Source of the DNA: Camelus ferus
Lineage: Eukaryota
Assembly (NCBI RefSeq): GCF_009834535.1
Contig: NC_045696.1
Location: forward strand, 107,014,001-107,078,000
Length of the DNA: 64,000 nt
Reading direction: 5' to 3'
Shown here: positions 12,251 through 22,828 of the stretch, in pieces
Layout: each line of letters starts with the position of its first letter
Position numbering within the stretch: the stretch's first letter is position 1
Notes under the pieces: model-generated
What the model was told of the DNA's origin: nothing
Database searches by the model: none
Seen by the model: the letters and a program-made list of their open reading frames with translations, nothing else
Program-made: the position numbers and the translations under genes

Positions 12251-13089
12251 TGCCCTCATCAGGCAAGGTCCCTTCCGGCCAAAACAAAAGCAATGATCCC
12301 AGGGGATACATTTTGTCTTGGGCTACAGTCTGGGGCAACACCTAGCTTCGGATGGTGAAGGCAGACTATCCACTGGAATTCATGGAAATTAGAGAGAAAT
12401 GTGTATCCTGCCCAACACTTAACTGTAATAAAAGTATTGAAAGTAGTTAACCCTCTTCTGGTTTAAATATAGCCAGCTTGACTTACTTTTCAAAGGGATA
12501 GAATCTCTGTGTATGTTTTGAATGTAAGTTTAGGCTTATGATCCAGAATATTGTCAATTATTTAGTAACTAAAATTAGAATAAATCCAGTAGAACTCTAA
12601 AAATTACATTTTATGAATGTTAACATGTGCCGTTCCACTGATGTCTTATATTTTTCTTTAATAGCAGTATTTCAGATAGAAGGGGAATGCATTCTAACAT
12701 TATTTAATGCCAGCATATTTAAGATACGGTAAAAAGAAGATTACTTACTAAGAGTCCTGATTGTGAAGATGTACAGAATGGAGATAATACTGTGTAAGAT
12801 TCCAGACATCCTAGACTTTGGGGAGTATCTGATGTTCAATTAAGGATGTTCAACAAGAGTGTGTGGCAGGAAAATGACTGAGCCATTCATCTGTGGCTTG
12901 TTTTCATTGTATCTCTCCTCCTCACTCCACAAAAAAAGGCTAAGTTTTTGCGTTCTCCCGTCTCAGGGGTGTTTGTGTTACAGGGCAGAAGGCTGAAGTC
13001 AACTGAAAAGGCCCTGCTCCTCACTGCTGTTCTGAAAGCCGAAATTCTTTGAAGAGATTACCACCATCTCCCCAGGGGACGAGGGTAAA

Positions 13090-13400
13090 CTGCTGCCCCC
13101 TAGGGGTGGCAAGAAGGAACAGCCAGAGCACCCTCTAGCGGTGGGGACAGGGACTGGCTACTGCCTGAGCTCATTCAACAGTCACATCTTTTTGAGTTTT
13201 TTCTTTAGAGTACTATATTAACATGATGTTGTTAAGAAAATGATTAAAATATACTGCACTCAGCGTGTGAAATATGCGATGAAAGTGGTAATGATCAGAC
13301 ATCAGACCCAGGGAGAAAGCAGTCTCAGGAGAGAGCCTTTCGGGTTTGTAGCGTCACCCTCTGCCGCAGACTGGCCACGGAGGCCACCACTGGGCGCTGC
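13090..13400. promoter_or_regulatory. Cluster of CTCF-like motifs
   Basis: Minus strand CCCCTAGGGGGCAG (13093-13106) and CCGCTAGAGGGTGC (13128-13141); weaker GCGGCAGAGGGTGA (13354-13367, -) and CCACCACTGGGCGC (13384-13397, +). Confidence 0.5.
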
Positions 13401-13822
13401 AGGGCTGCTCAGAGCCGCAGCCTGGTGCCTGCCCTGGTGTTAGAACCTGATCTGGCCCCCAGGCAGAGTTGAAAAAGTTTGGCCGAGACTGGGGCCTTTC
13501 TGGGGACAGTGCTCTCAACCGAGTGTGGCCCAGAGCAGCTGAGACGCCTGCCTGCAGGGAGCCAAGGGGCCCCGGGGGGTCTGGGCACTGAGCATCTCGG
13601 CAGCAATCCGAGCACTGATGATAAAGCTCTTCCTTGTACATTCTGGACCTCCTACAGTCAAGACTTCTCACACTTTGGACCCTGGCAGTCTGGCAGAAAT
13701 GCCTACACATTTAACAACTATCTTCTTAGGAAATATCACATATAACTAACCCGAGTTATCTTTCTTAAGAGGGGTTGGGCCCCTTATTACAGTGTCTTAA
13801 TACATAAAAAGTGGTAAGGCTA

Positions 13823-14005
13823 GAGAAAAAAATTAATTTCTTCTGTATAGCACCGGGAACTATATTCAATATCTTGTAATAATCTTTCATGAAAAACAAT
13901 ATGAAAATGAATATATGTATATATATATATGCATGACTGGGACATTATGCTGTATACCAGAAATTGACACATTGTAACTGACTGTACTTCAATTAAAAAA
14001 AAAAA
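13823..14005 (+). mobile_element. 5'-truncated young L1 3'-UTR fragment
   Basis: 'ctgtatagcaccgggaactatattcaatatcttg...cattgtaactgactgtacttcaattaaaaa' plus polyA; TSD aaaaagtggtaaggcta (13806-13822) / aaaaagtggcaaggcta (14001-14017). Confidence 0.9.
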
Positions 14006-14525
14006 GTGGCAAGGCTAATTAATCCTAGACAAAAGGCCAAAGGCAAGCACAGTTTATAACTGTCAGATGTTTCAGGTACTGGTGTTTTAGATCCTCGGAG
14101 GATCTAAACTATGTTATAAAATGATTAATTTGAGGATATTTGATGATTACTCACTCCTCTAGCATTTACAGGAGCTAATAATGTGTTAAATACCATGCAA
14201 AATGTTAAAATCTTAAATGCACAGAAAAAATTTTTGTTCCTGCCCTCAGGGAGCTCCCAATCTAGACTGGGAGTCAAATGAAAATTCAACAGAACCTAGA
14301 AAATGCTTTATAGAGGTAAGAATATATTTCCTCGGGGGCTTTGTTAGGAGCAGAAGAGCAAAAGCTGGACCAGTTCTCTGACTTGAGGGACTAAAAGTGA
14401 ATTCCTAGATTTTATTCAAACAATAATAGAAACAATACACTTTTCCCTCTTGTTTCAGTTTCAGCCCTTTAGGAATTTCCTCAGCAAAATTGGTCTTTCT
14501 TTAGATTAAGAGTTCATGGGTCTTT

Positions 14526-14909
14526 GCCAGAAAGAGAAAGAAAAATACCATATGAGATCGCTCATATGTGGAATCTAAAAAAAAAAAAGAAGAAGAACAT
14601 AAATACAAAACAGAAACAGACTCACAGACATAGAATAAAAACTTGTGGGTTCCAAGGGGGAGGGGGAGGGGAAGGGATAGACTGGGAGTTCAAAATTTGT
14701 AGATACTGACAGGCATATGTAGAATAGATAAACAAGGTTATACTGTATAGCACAGGGAAATATATACAAGATCTTGTGGTAGCTCACAGCGAAAAAAAAA
14801 GTGACAATGAATATATGCATGTTCATGTATAACTAAAAAATTGTGCTCTACACTGGAATTTGACACAACATTGTAAAATGACTATAACTCAATAAAAAAA
14901 GTTAAAAAA
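14526..14909 (+). mobile_element. 5'-truncated young L1 (ORF2 end + 3' UTR)
   Basis: 'gccagaaagagaaagaaaaataccatatgagatcgctcatatgtggaatctaa', G-rich 3' UTR, polyA; TSD aagagttcatgggtctttg (14508-14526) / aagaattcatgagtctttg (14910-14928). Confidence 0.92.
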
Positions 14910-15090
14910 AAGAATTCATGAGTCTTTGAGTAGATTTTAAAGAATTAGTGAAATAGAGAAGAGAGTTGTCATATTTGAGCTCCTTTCGAATAGTTGAAAG
15001 ATTGTCTCTGTGGAAAAAATTAATTGTTGTCAAAATTTGTTCTTAAGAAATTGTTTCATACCACACAAGTGTAGAATGGCATGGATATTA

Positions 15091-15341
15091 TATATCCCTG
15101 GAACTAAAGTGGTCTTTTCTGGTCTTAAAAAGAAGAGTGAGAGAGAAGATCTTATTCAGTATTTAAAACAGGCAACATCTTCAGGAAATGCTCTTGCAAC
15201 TTAAAAAATGTTAGTTATAAGCTAAAATTTTCCAATTTCAAATATTGCAAGTTTAAAGAATTCATATTTGATCTTTCTTGATCATCCTGTAGTAAGTTTA
15301 ACATTTTAAAATAAAGGTTGATCCCTTTTTGGAAAAAAAAA
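15091..15341 (+). pseudogene. CYCT: 5'-truncated processed pseudogene of testis-specific cytochrome c
   Basis: Encodes [49 protein letters not shown] is the testis-isoform C-terminus. GGA at the expected stop (15184), then ~145 nt 3' UTR, AATAAA (15310-15315), A-run (15333-15343) and flanking direct repeats. Confidence 0.9.
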
Positions 15342-15514
15342 AAGAAATTGTTCCCTACTGCACGAGTGTAGAATGGCATGGATATTAACTCTATTTCAGG
15401 TAGCAAAGAGTCATCATCATCGACGTGCTTTTCTGTTGATGTATATTTTCAGCTGTAAGCTTCTATTATGATTATGAGCATCAGTCCTTAGAACACAGCC
15501 TGGCTTAGGTTGGA

Positions 15515-17158
15515 AAACATCAAAGAAAATAAAGTAGAAGAAAATGTGTCTCCTTGAGTTTCATCTCAAATGTAACAGTCACCAAAAACATGGTCCGTCT
15601 TGTACAGAGAGTTTCTTGCTTAGTGGAAACATAAAGCTAACAAAATCAAAGGAACAGTTGGCATCTGTCTATTGTGGGAACACCCAGTTCAGAATGGATC
15701 GTTTTCATGAGAAGATGGGTCGAGTCAAAAAAGACTAGAGAAATGTAACAGCCTGGACTTAGAGCATCCCGCAACAACATTTATTTCATGGCCATGCAAA
15801 AGAAGCCTGGCAATTGGGCAGACCTTGGGGTCGTTTGCCCTAAAGCAGTCAGGTGGATCTATAGCCTGAGAAGAGAAAAAAATACTGAGGCAGGGCCTTT
15901 ATCAAGAAGTGTTGCCCTGTCTAGAGTCACCAGCTTTTCTTCTGTTTGAGGAAGGGCTCAGGGGAATCTAAGCCAGGCCAGTTCCCTTCAGCATGCAGCT
16001 GAGTGAATGCCCTGGCCGGTTCTCAGTGGAGTCAGATCCTAGTTTTCTTATTACATGCATGCAGATGTCCATTTGGTGAGCCCCTCTTTAGAAGCATCAA
16101 ATGCTCAGGGCAACTTTGAAATAATGAAAAAATTCTTTGCCAAGCAAAACTTTGGAAGAAAAATGTTGGTGCTGTGGGTAGAGGTGGACATATTGCTGTT
16201 CCGCAAAGCCTCTGGCTTTCCCATGTTGCTGAAAAAGAAAGTCCACACATCATACTGACCTCTTGTTGTCTACATCCACATAATGGAGACAGTAATTCTA
16301 AAATAAGTCTTGTCCACATTAACTTAGAGTCAGGACCTTGAATCGTGCCTTCACAATGGGATTTGTCAAGAAATTAAATGGTGAAGTTCACTGGCTTTCG
16401 AAAGTACAAGTTTTGAAGCAATTGATTAACTTCAGGCAGAAAGTTTTCCCTTTCTTAAGTGACTAGCAAAGCCCATTCTCAGATTGATTTGACGAAGAAG
16501 AGTTCATTCATGACTTGAGTGACTTGATTGACATCTGTGGCCATCTGAATGAGCCATAACTCTTGACTCAACATCCAGCAGATCCATTATAAATGCTGCT
16601 GGAAAAAATGTAGTCTCCTGACCAGGCTACCATTGTGGAAGAGGTGTTTGGAGAAAGATGGCTGTGTGCTTCTTGCACTGTTGGAGAAAGGGCATCAGGG
16701 GGCCAGAGCCAAGAGTGAAAAGGCTTTGCTGGCTTTTGTGCAGGTGGAAATGAGTAGACAAAGAAACCCTTGAAGAATATTTCTGTTGGATGACTTTAAA
16801 ATTGAAATGTACGATCCTGATTCTTTCCTTAATGACAAAGACAACATTTATGATTCAGACATTGACAAAGCTGACCTCACTGAATTGAAGACAGAGAAAA
16901 TAAGGCTACATGAATTCAACTCAAAGTGTTTGAGAGAATTCTGTGTTCCTTGACACAAGCCTACCAGAAAAACCTGTGAAAACTCTAACTCATTTGGTAG
17001 CAAATACCATTGCAAATTAGAATTTCCTGTCCTTGGTATGTCAGAAAAGGAGAAGTCTAAACTGATGGTACGTGAAAGACACGTGCATTATCATATTAAA
17101 AAAAGACACTCTATAAGTTCAATCTCGTTCTGATCAAACAACAACAATCTTTTTATGA
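15515..17158 (+). pseudogene. Degenerate hAT transposase (Charlie/Buster, ZBED8/FAM200/SCAND3-like), many frameshifts and stops
   Basis: Colinear motifs: SGNIKLTKSKEQLASV (BED-finger region), MQKKP, PFSMQLSE (~15984; cf. QLDE), KKFFAKQNF, CCLHPH (16264; CxxH), EVHWLSKVQVLK (16383; cf. EVRWLSRG), DICGHLNE, RLPLWKR (16624), CSLTQAY (16944), KQQQS (17136). Confidence 0.85.
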
Positions 17159-17275
17159 AAGTTACTTCTGGACTAAATTATATTTTACTTTTATTTCACA
17201 TTTTGACTCACTAAGATTTTTTTAGAAAGCAGCTATTAATTTTTGCATACAATATGAGATTAAGAGGATCATTAG

Positions 17276-17363
17276 TTTTTTTTTTAATGGAGGTACTGGG
17301 GATTGAACCCAGGACCTCATGAATGTTAAGTACGTGCTCTACCACTGAGCTATTGCCACCCCC
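17276..17363 (-). mobile_element. Vic-1-type camelid SINE
   Basis: polyT + tggaggtactggggattgaacccaggacctc...gctctaccactgagcta, the reverse complement of the SINE. Confidence 0.9.
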
Positions 17364-17729
17364 ATAAATCTTTTTTAAGTATTGTTTTAACATTCTAACT
17401 ATGTGAAAGATATGTTTGCAATGCAGCAAATTAAATTGTGTGCAGAAAATATATGTAATGTGTTCACATGCATTTTTCTGGAGAAGGCATTTATAGCGTT
17501 CATCAGATTCTTGAAGACCACCCACTCATTCACATATACCCCTAAAAAGGATTAAGAGTCACTGACCTAGTTAAATGTGTATTTTCTGACAGGCTGTGAA
17601 TTAGTAGAAGGCGCAGACCCAAATTCATGTTTGGTAGCTTGTCATAGCAAAGTGGACTTCTTTTAAATCAACAGTCCATGGACCTAGGTTAAAGCAAAGT
17701 TCTTTTTGAAGTTTAAATAGATTGAATTT

Positions 17730-17830
17730 GAGGGGACGGAGGGTGTAGCTCAGTGGTAAAGCACATGCTTAGCATGCACGAAGTCCTGGGTTCAATCCCC
17801 AGTCTCTCCATAAACAAAATACCACAAAGA
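17730..17830 (+). mobile_element. Vic-1-type camelid SINE
   Basis: gagggtgtagctcagtggtaaagcacatgcttagcatgcacgaagtcctgggttcaatcccc; perfect 16-bp TSD taaatagattgaattt (17714-17729 / 17831-17846). Confidence 0.92.
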
Positions 17831-17846
17831 TAAATAGATTGAATTT

Positions 17847-18037
17847 TTTAAAATTGAAGTACAGTCAATTACAAAGTGTCAATTTCTGATGTACAGCACA
17901 ATGTCCCAGTCATGCATATACATACATATATTCATTTTCATTGTTTTATTGAAGGTTATTACAAGATATTGAACATAATTCCCTGTGCTATACAGAAGAC
18001 ACTTTTTTAATCTATTTTTTTACATAGTGGCTAATAT
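17847..18037 (-). mobile_element. 5'-truncated young L1 3'-UTR fragment
   Basis: 'aattgaagtacagtcaattacaaagtgtcaatttctgatgtacagcacaatgtcccagtcatgc...ttccctgtgctatacag' is the reverse complement of the 13.8-kb L1 fragment. Confidence 0.9.
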
Positions 18038-19104
18038 TAGGTTGAATTTTTAAATGAAGTTCTTACTTGTTTCTTTTCCCTCATGGTCCACAAAGTCCAT
18101 GTCTGTATCTTTGAGGTACAAGGCAATACTAGCAGCCTAACCCTAAAATACATGAGATACTTATTAGGGATCTTATCACAACAAAACATACTTAAAATAA
18201 TTAGTCCTGGAAACAAACATTAAAGCATCATAATATATTGCCTTTCCATTTTCCAGAAGGCTCATAGTTAAATAAGGAAAAAGAAAGACTTGAAGGAAAT
18301 AGAGACGGATGAAGTCAAACACAGAAAAGACATCACTCCGAACAACTTTCCCAAGGGACTCAGTATGGGTACACACAGACTGGGGGCATGCCGTGTAGCG
18401 GTGTGTGTGTGCGCGCGTGTATTTGTATGAGCATGTGAAATGAGCAAACAGCAGTGATTTCTTCCAGCCAAATGCATATCTTTGAAAGTGGAGAGTCAGC
18501 CCTGGTGATGCTAATGGAGTGGAACATAAATATTGGCAAGCTAGTTGTCAAATAGAGGCTTTTAAAGGTTGGAATTTTTCAAGGAAAATGTTAACTGTAT
18601 TTAAAGGGCCAAAGTGGTCTTAACCTGATCTCAGAATCTAGAATTTTCACTTGAAGTTTTAAATATGCAGGACACCTATGCTAAATTTAGCCTTCCCAGC
18701 TCTGCAACTGGTATTTTGGAATGTTTGGTCCACGATGATAAATCATCACACTTGCTGAATACAGGGTTCGAAGGGGACTAGCGGACATAACCAATTAATG
18801 TATCAGCCTCCCAAGCAGCGCAGGAACAGAGTTAAGGGTGTGGGCCAGTAATGAACTGTTTTGCCACATTTCAAATACAAGTGTGCTTGCCTCTTGCCAG
18901 ACCTCCCACCCTCCCCCACACATCTTTGCTTCTCGCTACTTCCCCAGATTATACCCACCCCAGGAACCAGCCTGATTTCTATGTTCCTGAGGCTTTCTTT
19001 CCCAACTCCCCACAACCACATCAACCTCAATCTTCTCTAAATTCTTCTACATCCTTCATCTTCGTCCCACTCACTGGCTAACCCAGGCTGCTATCTCTTC
19101 TATA

Positions 19105-19350
19105 GTAACAGCGAACACGCGCCTGGATTTTCACTATGTACCAGGCAGTATGCTAAATGCTTTACAGGAATAACCTCATTGAATCCTCACCACAGCCCTA
19201 GGTTGTCATTTTTATTATCATTCACAGAAGAGAAATGTTTATATGAGGAAAGTAAGGCTTAGAGAGGTAAAGCAACTTTCCCGGGGTCCATGACGAATAG
19301 TAGTGGACCAGGCAATCAACCAGGTTGTCCTGCTCAAACGCCTGCCCTCT
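19105..19350 (-). mobile_element. MIR SINE
   Basis: 'ctatgtaccaggcagtatgctaaatgctttaca...cctcattgaatcctcaccacagcccta...tgaggaaagtaaggcttagagaggtaaagcaactt'. Confidence 0.75.
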
Positions 19351-20439
19351 TAATGGCAAAATGTACAGCGCTGATGTCTGATGTGCAGATACCATCCACC
19401 CAGCTAGATTTTAAGCTCTTCGGAGCACCTGTATAACCTTTCCTTCATGTGACCCTCAGAGCTGGCATTATGCTATACCAATAGTCAATCAACACTTACT
19501 GAGGGAGTGAATGAATTAATAACTGAATAAAAATCAATGCACCAGCTGCAAAACCCAAGAAAATTTAATTGATTTGGACCTCCAAATAGCATGCAGAATC
19601 AGGGGAAATGTTCTTGATACTACGTTTAGCAGTAGAAAGCAAATAAATTGCTGACTCACTGCCCTTGGGCTCAGGGTTAGAGCTGGGAAACAGGTCTCTG
19701 TAAAGAGACCTGATGGCCCTTGGCTTTGTCCCTGGACGTCCTCCAGCCCCCTAGGTCGATCCTGACCCTCAGAATCCACAAAGTTAACTGGGAGAGAGGA
19801 ACAGTACTTGAGTTTACCAAGACCAAGGCCAACTCTTCCTAATATCGCCCCCACGCGTGCACATGTGCACACACATACATAAAGATGATACCAGTTCGTT
19901 CACTTCAATCAGTGCTTTTGAGTATCTTGCCCAGAGATTCACAAAAGGGGCTGCACATCACAATCATCTGTGAGATTTTAAAGATTGCCAACATCTGGGC
20001 CCTATGCCAAACCGAGTCCGAGCCCAGACACTGGGATGCATCAACAACTACCCACGGGAATCTCATGTGCATTTGGGGTGAAGAATCACTAAAATCCATG
20101 CCAGGCACTGCCTGCCAGGAGCTGAGTTACAGAAATGTGGGTGTGAAAAGGGAAGTTTGCAGAATAGTAGGAGAGTCACAAAAGTAACTCTAATTAAAAT
20201 ATTTGGACAGCAATAACCACAGGGCACCATGGGAGCTCCGAGGAGGGCTATCTACTCTCCCTGGAAGATGCTGGGAGGCAGGAGTGGAGGATGCTGGTGA
20301 ATGAAGGAGGTGTGCTTTACAAAATGAGGTGCTGGACCAGGCAGAGGTCTCAAGTTGAAGTGTTATGCGTTCCTGGAAGAGAAGGTTAGATCTCCTTAAC
20401 CTCTGACATGTAACCTCTGCACGTTTCAAATGCCCCCAC

Positions 20440-20703
20440 TCCCTGGTGGCAGCTGTGACTGCCTCTCAGAGGCCCCTGACTCCCTCCAAATTCTTTTGAA
20501 TCTCATAAGCAGAATGGAAATGGCAATTATTAAATATTGGTCCTTGGGGTTTAACATCAGATTTAAAACTTTCCCTGGTGGCAGCTGTGACTGCCTCTCA
20601 GAGGCCCCTGACTCCCTCCAAATTCTTTTGAATCTCATAAGCAGAATGGAAATGGCAATTATTAAATATTGGTCCTTGGGATTTAACATCAGATTTAAAA
20701 CTT
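20440..20703. repeat. 132-bp direct tandem duplication (131/132 identical)
   Basis: Copy 1 20440-20571, copy 2 20572-20703; single difference G20549/A20681; matches the 44-aa repeat seen in ORFs on both strands. Confidence 0.95.
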
Positions 20704-20809
20704 TTCAGAACTTTTAATCAGCCATCAGTGGAGACTGAGAGATTTTGCCCTAAATTTGTTCATCTGTAAAATAAGTAGAATAATCTACACTTTGCCAGTG
20801 ATTGTGAAG

Positions 20810-22090
20810 ATTCATTTAGTCATTCAATAAACATTTATTGAGCCCCTGCTGTATTGTAGGCATAGTGCTAGGTACAGAGATCCATTGATGAACAATCACA
20901 GATCCAGACCCCGTTCTTCTGGACCTCGTAGTCTAGTAAGGGAGATGGACTGAGGAAATAATCACACAATCTATGTAATTACTTTCAGAGATGAGTCCTA
21001 CGAAGGAAACATATATCCCTCAAAGCCATGAGAGCATCCAACAGGGGAACCTGGCCTAGTCTAGGGGGCTCAGGAAGACACCCCTGATAAGTAAGACCTA
21101 GGCTGATATCTGAAAGGTGTCTGAGAGTAAACTAGATGAAGAAAGAAGCAAGAGAATCCAGCAGGGGGAATCCTGGGCAAAGGCTCTATGGCAGAAGTGA
21201 AACGTGTGCAGAGATTAAGAAAAGCAGGCCATTGTGGGTAGAGCACAGAGAGCAAGAGGGAGAGTGGGCAACACAAACTAAAGCGAGTCGGGGTCCTGCC
21301 AGCCACATCCTTATCCTCGGAGCACGGGGAGGCTCCTGGGAGGCCCTCATCTATGACATGATCAGGTATGAATTTTAAGAAGCCCCTTTGGAAACTCTAA
21401 TTTAAAAAGGTACATGCACCCCAATGTTCATAGCAACACTATTTACAATAGCCAAGACATGGAAGCAACCTAAATGTCCATCGACAGATGACTGGATAAA
21501 GAATTTGTGGTGTATTTATACAATGGAATACTACTCAGCCATAAAAAAGAATAAAATAATGCCATTTGCAGTAACATAAATGGACCTGGAGATTGTCATT
21601 CTAAGTGAAGTAAGCCAGAAAGAGAAAGAAAAATATCATATGATACCACTCATATGTGGAATCTTAAAAAATGAACACAAATGAACTTATTTACAAAACA
21701 CAAACAGACCCACAGACATAGAAAACAAACTTATGGTTACCAGAGAAGGAAGGGGGTGTGGAGGGATAAACGAGGAGTTTGAGATTTGCAGATACTAACT
21801 GCTATATATAAAATAGATGAACAACAAGTTTCTACTGTATAGCACAAGGAACTATATTCATTATCTTGTAGTAAGCTATAATAAACAAGAATATGAAAAA
21901 GAATATATGTATGACTGAAACATTATGCTGTACACCAGAAATTGATACAACATTGTAAACCAACTGTACCTCAATAAATAAAAGAAGCCCCTCTGGCTGC
22001 TCTTTGGTGGATGGATTTTGGTGGGGGATATGAATGGATATGGATGGACCAGTTAGTTTGTTATTGTCCAGACCATAGGTGATCAAGTTT
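20810..22090 (-). mobile_element. L2 LINE 3' region, interrupted by an L1
   Basis: 'cattcaataaacatttattgagcc...aggcatagtgctaggtac' (L2 3' end) followed by purine-rich L2-like sequence that resumes after the L1. Confidence 0.7.
21392..21981 (+). mobile_element. 5'-truncated L1 (ORF2 C-terminus + 3' UTR)
   Basis: 'acatgcaccccaatgttcatagcaacactatttacaatagccaagacatggaagcaacc' (TCTPMFIATLFTIAKTWKQP); TSD aagaagcccctttgg (21377-21391) / aagaagcccctctgg (21982-21996). Confidence 0.92.
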
Positions 22091-22828
22091 GGTTTTGAAC
22101 ATACAGAATTAAAGATACCAAGTATAAAAGAAAATTGAACTTGAGATAGCCTATGGCACATAAATGATTGCTATTTAATTAATGCTACATAAGTATTCAG
22201 GTACATAGAAATGTGGCTACTATTTGGAAAGGGAAGATTAAATCTCTTTTGATTCTGTAACCTGGATCAGTGTGCCAATTCCACCATCTTCAGACTATCG
22301 TCCTGAGCAAGGCCATCCATCTGTGTGAGAAGTTTGAACCAAAAGCCCAAGACCCCTTCAGAGAGTTCTTGGTAAGCAAAGAGGCCAAGGAACTGAGCCA
22401 CATTTCTCATCCTGGGACAGCTACAGAGATGCTGCTCTTGGGCCCAGTAGCTGGACTTACAATCCCAAACCTACTAAGGGATAACAAATTCCAAACTAGG
22501 AAGCATTGACTGATCCTGGATGAAGGAGATGAGGAAGTTGGAGGGCACCATTTCTGGTGCAGAGAAACTTTGGGTGGAAAGCTAATTAATAAAGATTCCT
22601 AAAATCATAATAAAGGCAAGTTGCGTGCGGTCAGAGAATCATGTCCCAGAAGGGGTAACCAGGGATGCATTTCCCTTACAAAATGGCCCATCTTTTCATA
22701 ATGAACTTTACCTTCTGGGGAAGGTGATTCCATAAGTTTGTGGATGGAGGCACCCACACCCTACAGGGGGTTCGTGGCACAGGAGCTGTTGACAGAGGAA
22801 GATAGAGAGCCCAGAGGCTCCTGATATG

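Larger units (their letters stand above)
14500..17564 (+). mobile_element. Ancient autonomous-type hAT-Charlie/Buster DNA transposon fossil with nested insertions
   Basis: Transposase remnant 15515-17158; right end '...catgcatttttctggagaagg...catcagattctt...aaaaaggattaagagtcactg' followed by acctagtt (Charlie-like TIR and target). Left end only tentatively placed near 14500. Confidence 0.7.

Noticed and set aside
11868..12341. 157-aa minus-strand ORF over the CpG patch
   Set aside because: Non-ATG start, no recognisable domain and no convincing exon boundaries.
15010..15204. Functional cytochrome c-like small protein (64-aa ORF)
   Set aside because: The N-terminal part is flank and TSD sequence, the start is GTG, and there is no CxxCH motif.
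15515..17158. Domesticated transposase gene (ZBED/FAM200/Buster)
   Set aside because: Numerous frameshifts and stops, and catalytic residues appear lost.
17730..17812. tRNA-Ala(AGC) gene (likewise 278, 17276, 28993, 34619)
   Set aside because: tRNA-like body, but with a SINE-type 5' extension, A-rich tail, TSD and copy-specific mutations; these are SINEs.
20426..20717. Repeat-containing proteins on both strands
   Set aside because: A by-product of the 132-bp (44-codon) DNA duplication.
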